A stretch of 64,000 bases of DNA from Akkermansia muciniphila (GTDB lineage Bacteria; Verrucomicrobiota; Verrucomicrobiia; Limisphaerales; UBA11320), in contig CAMAVD010000004.1 of NCBI GenBank assembly GCA_945861575.1, positions 3,532-67,531 of the forward strand, read 5' to 3'. Each line of letters starts with the position of its first letter. Positions within the stretch are counted from its first letter, which is position 1. Under the pieces are notes generated by a model. The model was not told where the DNA came from, ran no database searches, and was given only the letters and a program-made list of their open reading frames with translations. Shown here piece by piece: positions 38,202-46,567 of this stretch. Position numbers and translations under genes: made by a program.

Positions 38202-39359
38202 ATGTCAGACCCCTCTGACCATCCCATGGACCGCAGGCTTCAGGATTACGCGCGACAGCGACGCGAAACTCCCGGGGCACCCACGGAATTGCATCCTGTC
38301 AATCGCAAGCTTCTGCTGCAACAGGTTAGGGACTTTTACCCTGTTGCTCGCCCTCCTTCAAGACCCATCAATGTCCGGGCGGTGTGGTGGGCTTGGGCCC
38401 GTCTGGCGACCGTCGGGATCGGGACGGCAGCGGTCGTCGTGATGGCCTTTTTTGCTTGGAGAGAGTTTCAGGTGGGACCTTCTCAAATGGCGCGTTTGGA
38501 GCCGGCCAAACCAGAAGCAACGACATTCAGCGCAGATAAGGCGTCCTCGCTCAGCATGGCCGCACGTTCCGAGGTGCGTGTAGATGCCATAAATTCGGAG
38601 AGGGTATCCGAGCCGCAAGGATTGCTCGCGAAGAACCCGTTGGCGGATCGAGAGGGCGATAGGCCGGAATGGACTGACGGCGCGAAAAAAGCCGCTGTGG
38701 TCGGAGCATCGGCTGCCCCCGCAGCGCATGCGACCCCGGCACCTTCGCCACAAAGTGCGGGCTTCGCCTCGAGCCCGGCGGCAGGATTGACCTTGGATTT
38801 TGTGCAGACCTCGATGGGCGAGGGAGCCTCGGCCGTCACAGAGCTCACTCGATCGCGAAGATTAGAGCTCAGTCCTCGTAGCAAGGCTGCCGACTTAAGC
38901 CCCGCCCTGCTTCGAAGATTCCAGATCAATGCGGTGGACGGTCAATTGGATGTCCGGGACGGCGACGGCTCCGTTTATAGGGGCTCCATTCTCCCTGTCA
39001 CCCTCGGGGGGGAGCCAGGCGCTGCTGTTCCCGGAAGCAGGCCTGTCGGCGGCTCTCCTATTGAGGGGGTGCAGGGGAACTCGCTGAACTCTCAGGCCAT
39101 GATCGCTGGGCTCTATCGATTCCAAGCTCAGGGCTCCAACCGTTCGCTGCGGCAGTGGGTGGTGATGAATGGGTATCTGAGCAACGCGGCCGGTTCGATG
39201 AAGGATGCCGATCCTCTTCCCGTGAATCAGCAGCCGACCGCAGCGTCGGCCTTGGGGAGGAGTCAGGCCTGGGAAATCCAAAGCCGTATTCAATTGGGAA
39301 CCCAGACCCCGACGACTCTCAGGGCGCGCCAGGCACCGATCGCGCAGACGCCTCCATGA
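38202..39359 (+). CDS. Putative anti-sigma factor (single TM, extracytoplasmic C-terminus)
   Basis: Immediately downstream of the ECF gene; short N-terminal domain, one TM helix, Ala/Pro/Ser-rich linker. Confidence 0.65.
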   Translation: MSDPSDHPMDRRLQDYARQRRETPGAPTELHPVNRKLLLQQVRDFYPVARPPSRPINVRAVWWAWARLATVGIGTAAVVVMAFFAWREFQVGPSQMARLEPAKPEATTFSADKASSLSMAARSEVRVDAINSERVSEPQGLLAKNPLADREGDRPEWTDGAKKAAVVGASAAPAAHATPAPSPQSAGFASSPAAGLTLDFVQTSMGEGASAVTELTRSRRLELSPRSKAADLSPALLRRFQINAVDGQLDVRDGDGSVYRGSILPVTLGGEPGAAVPGSRPVGGSPIEGVQGNSLNSQAMIAGLYRFQAQGSNRSLRQWVVMNGYLSNAAGSMKDADPLPVNQQPTAASALGRSQAWEIQSRIQLGTQTPTTLRARQAPIAQTPP

Positions 39360-40048
39360 GTTCCAAACCTCGCGTGCAGCCTGAGGACGTGGTGGATCGC
39401 TGGGCTTTCGAGCGCTCGGCTTGGGACCGCGGTTTCATGCGGCTTGCTGGGGTGGACGAGGCAGGTCGGGGTCCGCTCGCCGGTCCTGTGGTGGCGGCTG
39501 CGGTCCTACTGCCAGCCGCATGGGCTGGTGCCGGACTTCCCAATGAACTCCAGGGTCTAAACGATTCAAAAAAGGTTCCGGCGGCACGACGAGAGCGCTA
39601 TTTCCAGTTCCTGCTGAGTTGCGTTGAGATCGCGCGGGGTGTGGGGATCGTTGACGCTTCGAGCATCGACCGGATCAATATTCTACAAGCGACCTACGTG
39701 GCGATGAACGAGGCGCTGTCGCAGATAAAGCCGTCGCCCGATCACGTGCTCGTGGATGGAAACCATGTGCCGACGATCGCCCTTCCTCAGACGTCGATCG
39801 TCTCTGGTGATTCGCTCAGCTATAGCATCGCTGCCGCCAGCATTCTGGCAAAGGTGACGCGCGATCATTTGATGGTGGAGTTCGATCGTCTCTACCCCGG
39901 CTACGGTTTTGCGGTGCACAAGGGCTACCCAACCCCTCAACATCTGGCAGCCCTCGCCGCTCAAGGGCCGAGCCCAATTCACCGTGTTTCCTTCGCTCCC
40001 GTGCGAGCGGTTCAAGGGGAGTTTTCCTTTCCGAGACCTTCAGATTAG
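39356..40048 (+). CDS. rnhB: Ribonuclease HII
   Basis: GVDEAGRGPLAGPV, DSKK, SIAAASILAKVTRD, HKGY. Confidence 0.96.
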   Translation: MSSKPRVQPEDVVDRWAFERSAWDRGFMRLAGVDEAGRGPLAGPVVAAAVLLPAAWAGAGLPNELQGLNDSKKVPAARRERYFQFLLSCVEIARGVGIVDASSIDRINILQATYVAMNEALSQIKPSPDHVLVDGNHVPTIALPQTSIVSGDSLSYSIAAASILAKVTRDHLMVEFDRLYPGYGFAVHKGYPTPQHLAALAAQGPSPIHRVSFAPVRAVQGEFSFPRPSD

Positions 40049-40142
40049 GGATTGCCCGTCTCTTCTGAATTTTTTTCTTGGCGGTGAGTGCCATCGTTTG
40101 CTAGGAATTGTGCGCCTTAAAGGAGGCAATAAAACAAAACAA

Positions 40143-40577
40143 ATGAAGACACAACCTATCCGTACATTCGTTGCCGGGCTGATTCTGGCAGCGTCTTTCA
40201 ACCTTAACCCGTTCCTGCACGCTGCTGACAGCCCTCTGCAGGATGCACCTCCGGCCGCCGCTGACACGTCGGCCAGCGAGACGCCGGCAGGACTCCGCAA
40301 GCTGCCCTTTCATGGGAAGCTGGCCGCAGTGGACGCGGAGGCGAAGACCATCACTCTTCGCTATACGACTGGAGACAAAGTCTTCCACCTCACTCCTCAG
40401 ACCGAGGTTCTTAAGCACGAGAAGCCGGCGAAGTTGGACGAGGCAGTGATCGGGGACTCGGTGTCCGGAGCCTATGTCCGGAATGGAGAGCGAGCCGAAC
40501 TGACCAAGCTCAACCTGGCTCGGAAGGCCGACGACAAGCCCAAAGCGGAGAAAAAAGACAAAGCCAAGAGTAAGTAG
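40143..40577 (+). CDS. Hypothetical exported protein (small OB-fold-like domain, Lys-rich tail)
   Basis: Signal peptide, PFHGKLAAVD...KTITL, AAGGAGG upstream. Confidence 0.75.
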   Translation: MKTQPIRTFVAGLILAASFNLNPFLHAADSPLQDAPPAAADTSASETPAGLRKLPFHGKLAAVDAEAKTITLRYTTGDKVFHLTPQTEVLKHEKPAKLDEAVIGDSVSGAYVRNGERAELTKLNLARKADDKPKAEKKDKAKSK

Positions 40578-40592
40578 AGGGAACGCAGCAAC

Positions 40593-40641
40593 GATGAGGT
40601 CGGTGGCCACCGCCGGGAAGTTGGCGGCTACCGACCTCATC
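40593..40641. repeat. Long intergenic inverted repeat
   Basis: GATGAGGTCGGTGGCCACC...GGCGGCTACCGACCTCATC, 19-bp near-perfect arms. Confidence 0.75.
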
Positions 40642-40686
40642 CTTGAGACCGCACACTTCCAATCGCACCCTGCCCTGCCCTCCCAT

Positions 40687-40714
40687 TTGACTTCGCACGC
40701 CTGATCTCTATTGT
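40687..40714 (+). promoter_or_regulatory. Putative sigma70 promoter of the LysR gene
   Basis: TTGACT-N16-TATTGT, 12 nt before the ATG. Confidence 0.55.
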
Positions 40715-40726
40715 TGGTGATTAGTT

Positions 40727-41635
40727 ATGCAAATAGAGAGCCTGAAGGTGTTTTGCGATCTGGCTGAAACCGAGAGTTTCACCCGGGCAGCTCAAATTAA
40801 CGGAGTGACTCAGTCCGCCGTCAGTCAGCAGATCAGCTCACTTGAGCGTCAGTTCAAGTCCCTCCTGATCGAGCGCAGCAAGAAAAAGTTCAGACTCACC
40901 CGTGAAGGTCAGTTGCTCTACGATTACAGCAAGCAAATCATCCAGACTTATGACGGGCTCTTCAGCAAGCTCCAGGAGATCAAGAATGTCATCTCCGGAG
41001 CGGTCCGGGTGGCGACCATTTACAGCATCGGGCTCCACGACCTGCCCCCCTATCTTAAAAGGTTTCTCAAAGCGTACCCGACCGTGAATGTTCACGTCGA
41101 GTATCGGCGTTCCAATCAGGTTTACGATGATGTCCTCAGCAATGTGGTGGATCTTGGCCTTGTAGCGTATCCCAATAAGGATCCCAAGCTGGAGGTCGTC
41201 GCTCTTCGAAAGGACGTGATGGTTCTTATCTGCCATCCTGAGCACCCCTTGGCTAAGCGCAAAACGGTGAAGCTTGCCGAGCTTAATGGCGCCAAGTTCA
41301 TCGGATTCCAGCCGGACATCCCTACGCGTCAGGCCATTGACAAAGTCCTCAAGGAGCACGAGGTCCAGGTGCAGCATGTCATGGAATTTGACAATATTGA
41401 AACGGTGAAGCGCGCCGTGGAGATCAACGCAGGCGTAGCCATTGTGCCGCAGGGCACGGTTGAGCAGGAGATATCCAAGCAGACCTTGGTTGAGACCCGA
41501 CTGGAGGACGTGCAGTTCCACCGCCCGCTTGCGGCCATCTACAAGAAGAACAAGGTACTGTCGCCCGCCATGAAGCAATTTCTTGCGATTCTTAAGAACG
41601 ACAAGGCGGGGCTTCCCATTCCGGTCACCCTCTGA
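40727..41635 (+). CDS. LysR family transcriptional regulator
   Basis: SFTRAA...TQSAVSQQISSLE HTH, LTREG, DNIETVKRAVE. Confidence 0.96.
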   Translation: MQIESLKVFCDLAETESFTRAAQINGVTQSAVSQQISSLERQFKSLLIERSKKKFRLTREGQLLYDYSKQIIQTYDGLFSKLQEIKNVISGAVRVATIYSIGLHDLPPYLKRFLKAYPTVNVHVEYRRSNQVYDDVLSNVVDLGLVAYPNKDPKLEVVALRKDVMVLICHPEHPLAKRKTVKLAELNGAKFIGFQPDIPTRQAIDKVLKEHEVQVQHVMEFDNIETVKRAVEINAGVAIVPQGTVEQEISKQTLVETRLEDVQFHRPLAAIYKKNKVLSPAMKQFLAILKNDKAGLPIPVTL

Positions 41636-41647
41636 CCTTCTGTTGGG

Positions 41648-42790
41648 CTAGCTTTCTATGCCGACCGCTTGTTGCAGGCTATTCAGGCCTGCGTCCGCCA
41701 GACGTTGCTGCAGGCCAACGACGATTTCGCGCGCGAGTGTCGGGCCCTCATACACCATGCCGCTATAGATCTGCACGAGAGAGGCTCCAGCGGTGATCTT
41801 CTCCCAGGCGTCCTTGGCGCTGAAGATGCCTCCCACTCCAATGATCGGCAGTCGTCCGCGGGTGGATCGATGCAGATGCCGAATGATCTCGGTGCTTCGC
41901 GCACGAAGAGGGCGGCCACTTAAACCGCCGGATTCTGCATAGATCTTCTGCCACTCAGAGTCGGCGTTTTCTGGGCGGGCTAGGGTGGTGTTGGTGGCCA
42001 CGATGCCCGCCAGCCCGCAGGGCTCCGCGAGTTGGAGGATGTCATCGAGGGCTCCGAAGGTTAGATCCGGTGCGATCTTCACCAGGACGGGCTTGGACTT
42101 TATGGCGCGTCGATCGGTGCCCATTTGCTGCCCCGCTGCAAGGGCACAAGCCTGATTGTCGCTCTGCAAGCGCATCAAGATCTCTCGCAGAGAATCGGCA
42201 TCCTGGAGGCGGCGCAGGTTTGGGGTGTTGGGAGAACTCACGTTGACTACAAAAAAGTCGGCCAATGGCCAGAGGGTGCGAAACGAGAAACTGTAGTCAT
42301 CGGCTGCCTCCTCAAGGGGGGTGACCTTCGACTTACCTAGATTGATGCCCACGGGATGGACGGGCCAGCGCCGCAGATCTCGCCAGGTTTGCAAAGTCTT
42401 TGCCAGCGCCTCGGCTCCTGGATTATTGAACCCCATCCTATTGATCAGCGCTTCGTCGGGTGGGATTCGGAACATTCGCGGGGTGGGGTTCCCTGATTGT
42501 CCATGCCGTGTTACTCCACCCAGCTCGCTGAACCCAAAGCCAAACGACGGCCAGATAGGCGCAGCAACGGCGTGTTTGTCCATGCCGGCAGCCAAGCCGA
42601 CGGGATTGGGGAAGCGGAGCCCCCAAAGCTCCATAGGGAGTTCGGGTGCTTGGCAAAAGCTTGCCGCGAGCTCACAGCCCAGATCGGAGCGGCTCATCCA
42701 TGCCAAGGCCGCGAGCGTCTGGTTATGAATCTCTTCCGAACCCCGTGTGAAAAGCACGGGCCTGATGAAAGTCTTATAAAGCCAACCCAC
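41648..42790 (-). CDS. pyrD: Quinone-dependent dihydroorotate dehydrogenase (class 2)
   Basis: NPVGLAAGMDK, NRMGFNN, NVSSPNTP, KIAPDL, GGLSG; GTG start. Confidence 0.96.
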   Translation of the reverse strand: MGWLYKTFIRPVLFTRGSEEIHNQTLAALAWMSRSDLGCELAASFCQAPELPMELWGLRFPNPVGLAAGMDKHAVAAPIWPSFGFGFSELGGVTRHGQSGNPTPRMFRIPPDEALINRMGFNNPGAEALAKTLQTWRDLRRWPVHPVGINLGKSKVTPLEEAADDYSFSFRTLWPLADFFVVNVSSPNTPNLRRLQDADSLREILMRLQSDNQACALAAGQQMGTDRRAIKSKPVLVKIAPDLTFGALDDILQLAEPCGLAGIVATNTTLARPENADSEWQKIYAESGGLSGRPLRARSTEIIRHLHRSTRGRLPIIGVGGIFSAKDAWEKITAGASLVQIYSGMVYEGPTLAREIVVGLQQRLADAGLNSLQQAVGIES

Positions 42791-42801
42791 GACTCAAGCA
42801 A

Positions 42802-42831
42802 AACGGGAAACGCTCCAGAATTCAGCACAAA
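42802..42831 (-). promoter_or_regulatory. Recurrent motif copy 2, TTTGTGCTGA-N16-CGTT
   Basis: Ends 11 nt upstream of the pyrD GTG. Confidence 0.45.
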
Positions 42832-42898
42832 TCCGCAGGCGTCGTAGTCCTCACCTGCCCAGATGGATCAATAATAGCCATGAGATGATCACAAACGT

Positions 42899-43624
42899 TC
42901 AGCTGGGTTTCCCGAAGGATCGCATCATAAAGTCCGTGGAAGGCCCCGAATCACCGAGGGATAAGACGCGATCGGCCAGCTCATTCAACGCCCGCCTTGC
43001 CTGCTCGAAATGGTGGGACAGGTTATCAAAGACCTCCGAGACATGATATCTCTCCGCCAAGCGATGATGGCTGGCTTCCCTAAAGCTGGAGCGACCTAAC
43101 GCTGCGTAGTATCGAAGGTCTGGAAATCCCCGTGTTTCAGCGCGGTGTCGGATTCGATCCGGAAAGAGCCCAGTCATGAACAAGGACTGATTTCCCATGT
43201 GTGCTCGAAGTTCAAAGCGGGTTCTTTCGTCCGCCTGATCGAGCGCACTGACCATCTCGTAGAAGTATTCCAGTGGGCGTCCGTCGCCGCCAACTGCGGC
43301 CAATTGACGCTCCTGGCGGGCGTATTCGGTCAAGAGTTCAGCAAGGTAGTCCGCGACCTCTCGCTCCTGGATCCCCGCCCGTCGCAGGGCATTGCGAACC
43401 AATATGTAAAAGTAGAAATGGAGGGAGGTTCGGAGGCAGAGCCTGGATTCCAGAAGTGAATGGAGAAGCGCTTCGGAGTCCAGGAGCAGATCGCGCGAGG
43501 ATTCGTCGGCAAGAAGTTCCGTGAGGAACCCCTTCTCTGAGGGCTTCTTGCCCAGCACCTCCTGAATAAACGCGATGTCCTCGGCAGTGAACTGCACCCT
43601 GCAGTTCGGTGTGATCACCTTCAT
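42899..43624 (-). CDS. Hypothetical protein (all-alpha, soluble)
   Basis: Protein-like 241-aa ORF with VADYLAELL, GNQSLFMTGLFP and YYAALGRSSF motifs; function unknown. Confidence 0.8.
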   Translation of the reverse strand: MKVITPNCRVQFTAEDIAFIQEVLGKKPSEKGFLTELLADESSRDLLLDSEALLHSLLESRLCLRTSLHFYFYILVRNALRRAGIQEREVADYLAELLTEYARQERQLAAVGGDGRPLEYFYEMVSALDQADERTRFELRAHMGNQSLFMTGLFPDRIRHRAETRGFPDLRYYAALGRSSFREASHHRLAERYHVSEVFDNLSHHFEQARRALNELADRVLSLGDSGPSTDFMMRSFGKPS

Positions 43625-43812
43625 ATGCGACTCGTTCCTATGACGAGCAGAGCCCGGCCGCTCCGAAGCCGTCATCCAGGCTTGCTCTTCACAAACTACA
43701 AACTGCGAAGCAGGTTCAGTTCCACTCTCCGTGGTCTAAGAATCTACACTGGCCAGCCTCACGCACATTACTACACAGTAGAGGGTAATTCAACTGACCT
43801 CGCAGGCCTCCA

Positions 43813-43843
43813 GACGATCCCTAAGGGGATAGCTCAGCACAAA
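43813..43843 (-). promoter_or_regulatory. Recurrent motif copy 3, TTTGTGCTGA-N17-CGTC
   Basis: Also shares spacer sequence CTATCCC with copy 1. Confidence 0.45.
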
Positions 43844-43966
43844 ACGGCTCCAGAGCCAGCCTCTCGGAACAAAAAGTGGCGAGAGCGAAGCGGAGGTCTT
43901 ACCTTAGCTGGCATTCACACGACGCCTGACAAAAGAGCCGAGCAATCGCCAGATCCATCGACCCGG

Positions 43967-44833
43967 ATGGCGGCCTATGGGCCCCTGCAGCGAGTGATGG
44001 AATTGAGCTTGGTGCTGGCCAGCCAGAATATTCAGGCGATGGTCGTGCCTACGCCTGACCGTGAGCTGGCTGAACTCCGTGTGGCTGACAAGGATGAGGA
44101 CGCCGCCTTAGAGCATTTGCGCGAGTATCACCGCGAGAACCGGCATCGCCGCTGGCAGCACACGCTGCCAGGTCGTGCGGCTATCTTTGATGCGCAAAGC
44201 CTCACCTGGGCTGCCCTATTGCTGGTCTGTTACTTTTTCCAAACCCACGGTACCATTCCTTTCCGTGCTCAGGGGGACTTCAACTCGGATTTGCTGCGAG
44301 CAGGCGAGATTTGGCGTGCGGTGACTGCGCTGTTTCTCCACGCGGATCTGGGTCACCTTATCTCCAATCTCACCACGGGTATTGTGTTTCTCGGAATCGC
44401 GATGGCGGAATATGGCGCGGGCAGCGCCCTGCTGGCTTCAACGGCCGCTGGAGCATTCGCCAACCTTGCTGCACTCCTCTTTCGTGCAGCCCCCTACCAC
44501 GGGTTGGGAGCCTCCGGGATGGTTCTGGCCGCGCTGGGATTGGTCGCAGTGCGGACGTTTCGGATTCGTGATTGGGCTCGGTCACGTGAGCTGACGATGG
44601 CTCGAGGCCTCCTGGCCGCCATGTTCCTCTTCATTCTCCACGGATTCAACCCAGCCTCGGATGTGCTGGTGCACAGTTTGGGCTTTGTGTTTGGAATTAT
44701 CCTCGGGCTGATCCTGCAGCCGGTGGCGGAGTCGCAGGCACGTCAGGCACGCTGGGATAGAATCGGGAAAACCGTATTTCTGATTCTCTTCGCGGGGTGC
44801 TGGTACGCAGCTCTCCATCCCAAAGGCGCCTGA
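43967..44833 (+). CDS. Rhomboid family intramembrane serine protease
   Basis: WRAVTALFLH...HLISN, GASG catalytic Ser, H..G catalytic His; true start may lie slightly upstream. Confidence 0.9.
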   Translation: MAAYGPLQRVMELSLVLASQNIQAMVVPTPDRELAELRVADKDEDAALEHLREYHRENRHRRWQHTLPGRAAIFDAQSLTWAALLLVCYFFQTHGTIPFRAQGDFNSDLLRAGEIWRAVTALFLHADLGHLISNLTTGIVFLGIAMAEYGAGSALLASTAAGAFANLAALLFRAAPYHGLGASGMVLAALGLVAVRTFRIRDWARSRELTMARGLLAAMFLFILHGFNPASDVLVHSLGFVFGIILGLILQPVAESQARQARWDRIGKTVFLILFAGCWYAALHPKGA

Positions 44834-44864
44834 GAGGGGCCTCTCTCATTGTTGCTGGGCGGGT

Positions 44865-46502
44865 TTACTCGGCCTGGACAGGGGTCTGTCTCAGCCGTAG
44901 TGAGCTCAGATCGAACCACGCGTCGCCCGCGCTCGCGCGGAGCTCGCAGAGCAGATCTGCTACGCCTTGCCCATCCCAGTTAAACTCGACTGTTAGGCGT
45001 GTCCAATCCACATCCCCGCTCAGGCTGATCGCGCTCCGCTCCTCCCTGCCGGCAAGTCGCAGGCCTGCACCTTGTCGCTCTCCGAAAGGAAGGGGTCTCA
45101 CGCCTGACGTTCGTACCTCCGCCGTGAACTCGTAGTGTCCGGGGGGTAGACGCAGCTGCGTACGCCATGAGGCGCTCGTCTTCGGACCCGCTTGTATGTG
45201 GAGAGTCATCTCGCGTTGATGGGCCTCCACGCGGCCTAGGGATCCCCCGTCGGGAGGGTTCCGTGGCGTCCAGTCACGCAGCTCCATTGTCCCACCGCTG
45301 AAGGCGGGGAGAGTGGCCTGGTCGGCGGCGAGTTGGCTCTGCAGGCTTTCCCGTCGCTTCACCAGGTTGCCTTGCAGACGACGACTGGCTTCCTGAAAGG
45401 CCTCCCTTTCTTCTCTCTGCACCGAATCCTCAAGTTTGGCCCTTTGTCGATCCAGTCCCTCCAAAAGGGGAGTCATCGACCCCATGCTGGAAAGAAGCTC
45501 GATGAATCGATTTCGATAGCGAACCTCTAAGGCGGGAACTTTCATCAGGGATCGAGCAGCCAGGCCCGCCATCTCGGGCTTCCAGACCAGATCCGGTGTG
45601 CCGAAAAGAACATCCATGCCTTGTGGGACGAAGCTGAATTGCTTCGTGCGAGGGGCGTAGCAGAGGCGAAAATTGTTTCGGGCAAGGCAGTATCCGTCGC
45701 GATGTCCGGTGATGACCTCGAGAGCCATAAACGTCATGAACTTATCCACATCCATCCAACGCTCGGTCAGTTCCAGGCGCTTCGACACGCTGGATTCCTG
45801 CAGGGCCTGCGCTAGCAGCGCGGGAGTGGGCCAGCCCTGTGGAAGACGACGCGGTCTGGAGTCTAACTGCTCGTCAAGATCGTGTCCGATCCCAGGTTCG
45901 TAGACGACGCAGTTTGGATCGTCGAATGTCCGTCGTAGAAAGTCCTCGGTCATTCCTTCCTTGAGAACGAAAAGTCCCAGCGAACGCCCGTTCAGCGTGA
46001 CTCGGGCATGTGCCACACGCGGCGCAGGTTGCCCTGCGGCACGGAACACTTCCGATCCAACCCACTCGTTGAGATAGCTGGGGTCTTCTACCGAGTTGTT
46101 CAGGTGAAACTTTAGCAGGCCATGAAAACGGGGTGACGATGCGGTCCCCTCAAAGGAGAGGGTGAGCGATGGCTTCTCGTCGAGAGTGCGAAGGCTGCCT
46201 CGTCGTCCTTTGACATGTAGCGAGGCTCTCCCGACATAGGACGAGCTGCAGCGCACGCGAGCAGGGACATCTGAACGAGGCTTGGAGCGCAAACGCTCCA
46301 TGTCCAGGGTGGAAACCATGAGCTGAATCTCGGAAACCTCCACCGACTCGAAAAGATCTACTCCGGCGGCTGCCCGGGCCGCCGCCGGGTGCATCAGATT
46401 AAACCCGAGAGCGAGTAGCAGGGTGAGGGGCCGCCAAGGCCGGGAACTCGGGCGAGATTTCCCTTTCCACGGAGCATGGGTGGCAACGCGGATCATAGGC
46501 AT
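44865..46502 (-). CDS. CotH kinase family protein, secreted, with C-terminal jelly-roll-like domain
   Basis: KFHLNNSVEDPSYLNE, PAPRVAHARVTLNG..LGLF, H.DGY....NNF, P.GMD..F. Confidence 0.85.
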   Translation of the reverse strand: MPMIRVATHAPWKGKSRPSSRPWRPLTLLLALGFNLMHPAAARAAAGVDLFESVEVSEIQLMVSTLDMERLRSKPRSDVPARVRCSSSYVGRASLHVKGRRGSLRTLDEKPSLTLSFEGTASSPRFHGLLKFHLNNSVEDPSYLNEWVGSEVFRAAGQPAPRVAHARVTLNGRSLGLFVLKEGMTEDFLRRTFDDPNCVVYEPGIGHDLDEQLDSRPRRLPQGWPTPALLAQALQESSVSKRLELTERWMDVDKFMTFMALEVITGHRDGYCLARNNFRLCYAPRTKQFSFVPQGMDVLFGTPDLVWKPEMAGLAARSLMKVPALEVRYRNRFIELLSSMGSMTPLLEGLDRQRAKLEDSVQREEREAFQEASRRLQGNLVKRRESLQSQLAADQATLPAFSGGTMELRDWTPRNPPDGGSLGRVEAHQREMTLHIQAGPKTSASWRTQLRLPPGHYEFTAEVRTSGVRPLPFGERQGAGLRLAGREERSAISLSGDVDWTRLTVEFNWDGQGVADLLCELRASAGDAWFDLSSLRLRQTPVQAE

Positions 46503-46567
46503 TCGAGCCTTGGGCAGTCTGGACGATGGCCCTGCAAACGGCCGATAGACAGGGGCCTGGCAGTTGA

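Noticed and set aside
43825-43900. GGGGATAGCTCAG resembling a tRNA 5' end
   Set aside because: No cloverleaf or TTCGA loop downstream; better explained as the reverse complement of the recurrent promoter-like motif
43625-43966. Long N-terminal extension of the rhomboid ORF (similar extensions on trpE, rnhB, 39909 ORF, O-antigen ligase, GT4)
   Set aside because: Extensions overlap neighbouring genes or promoter regions and look non-coding; downstream ATGs fit better
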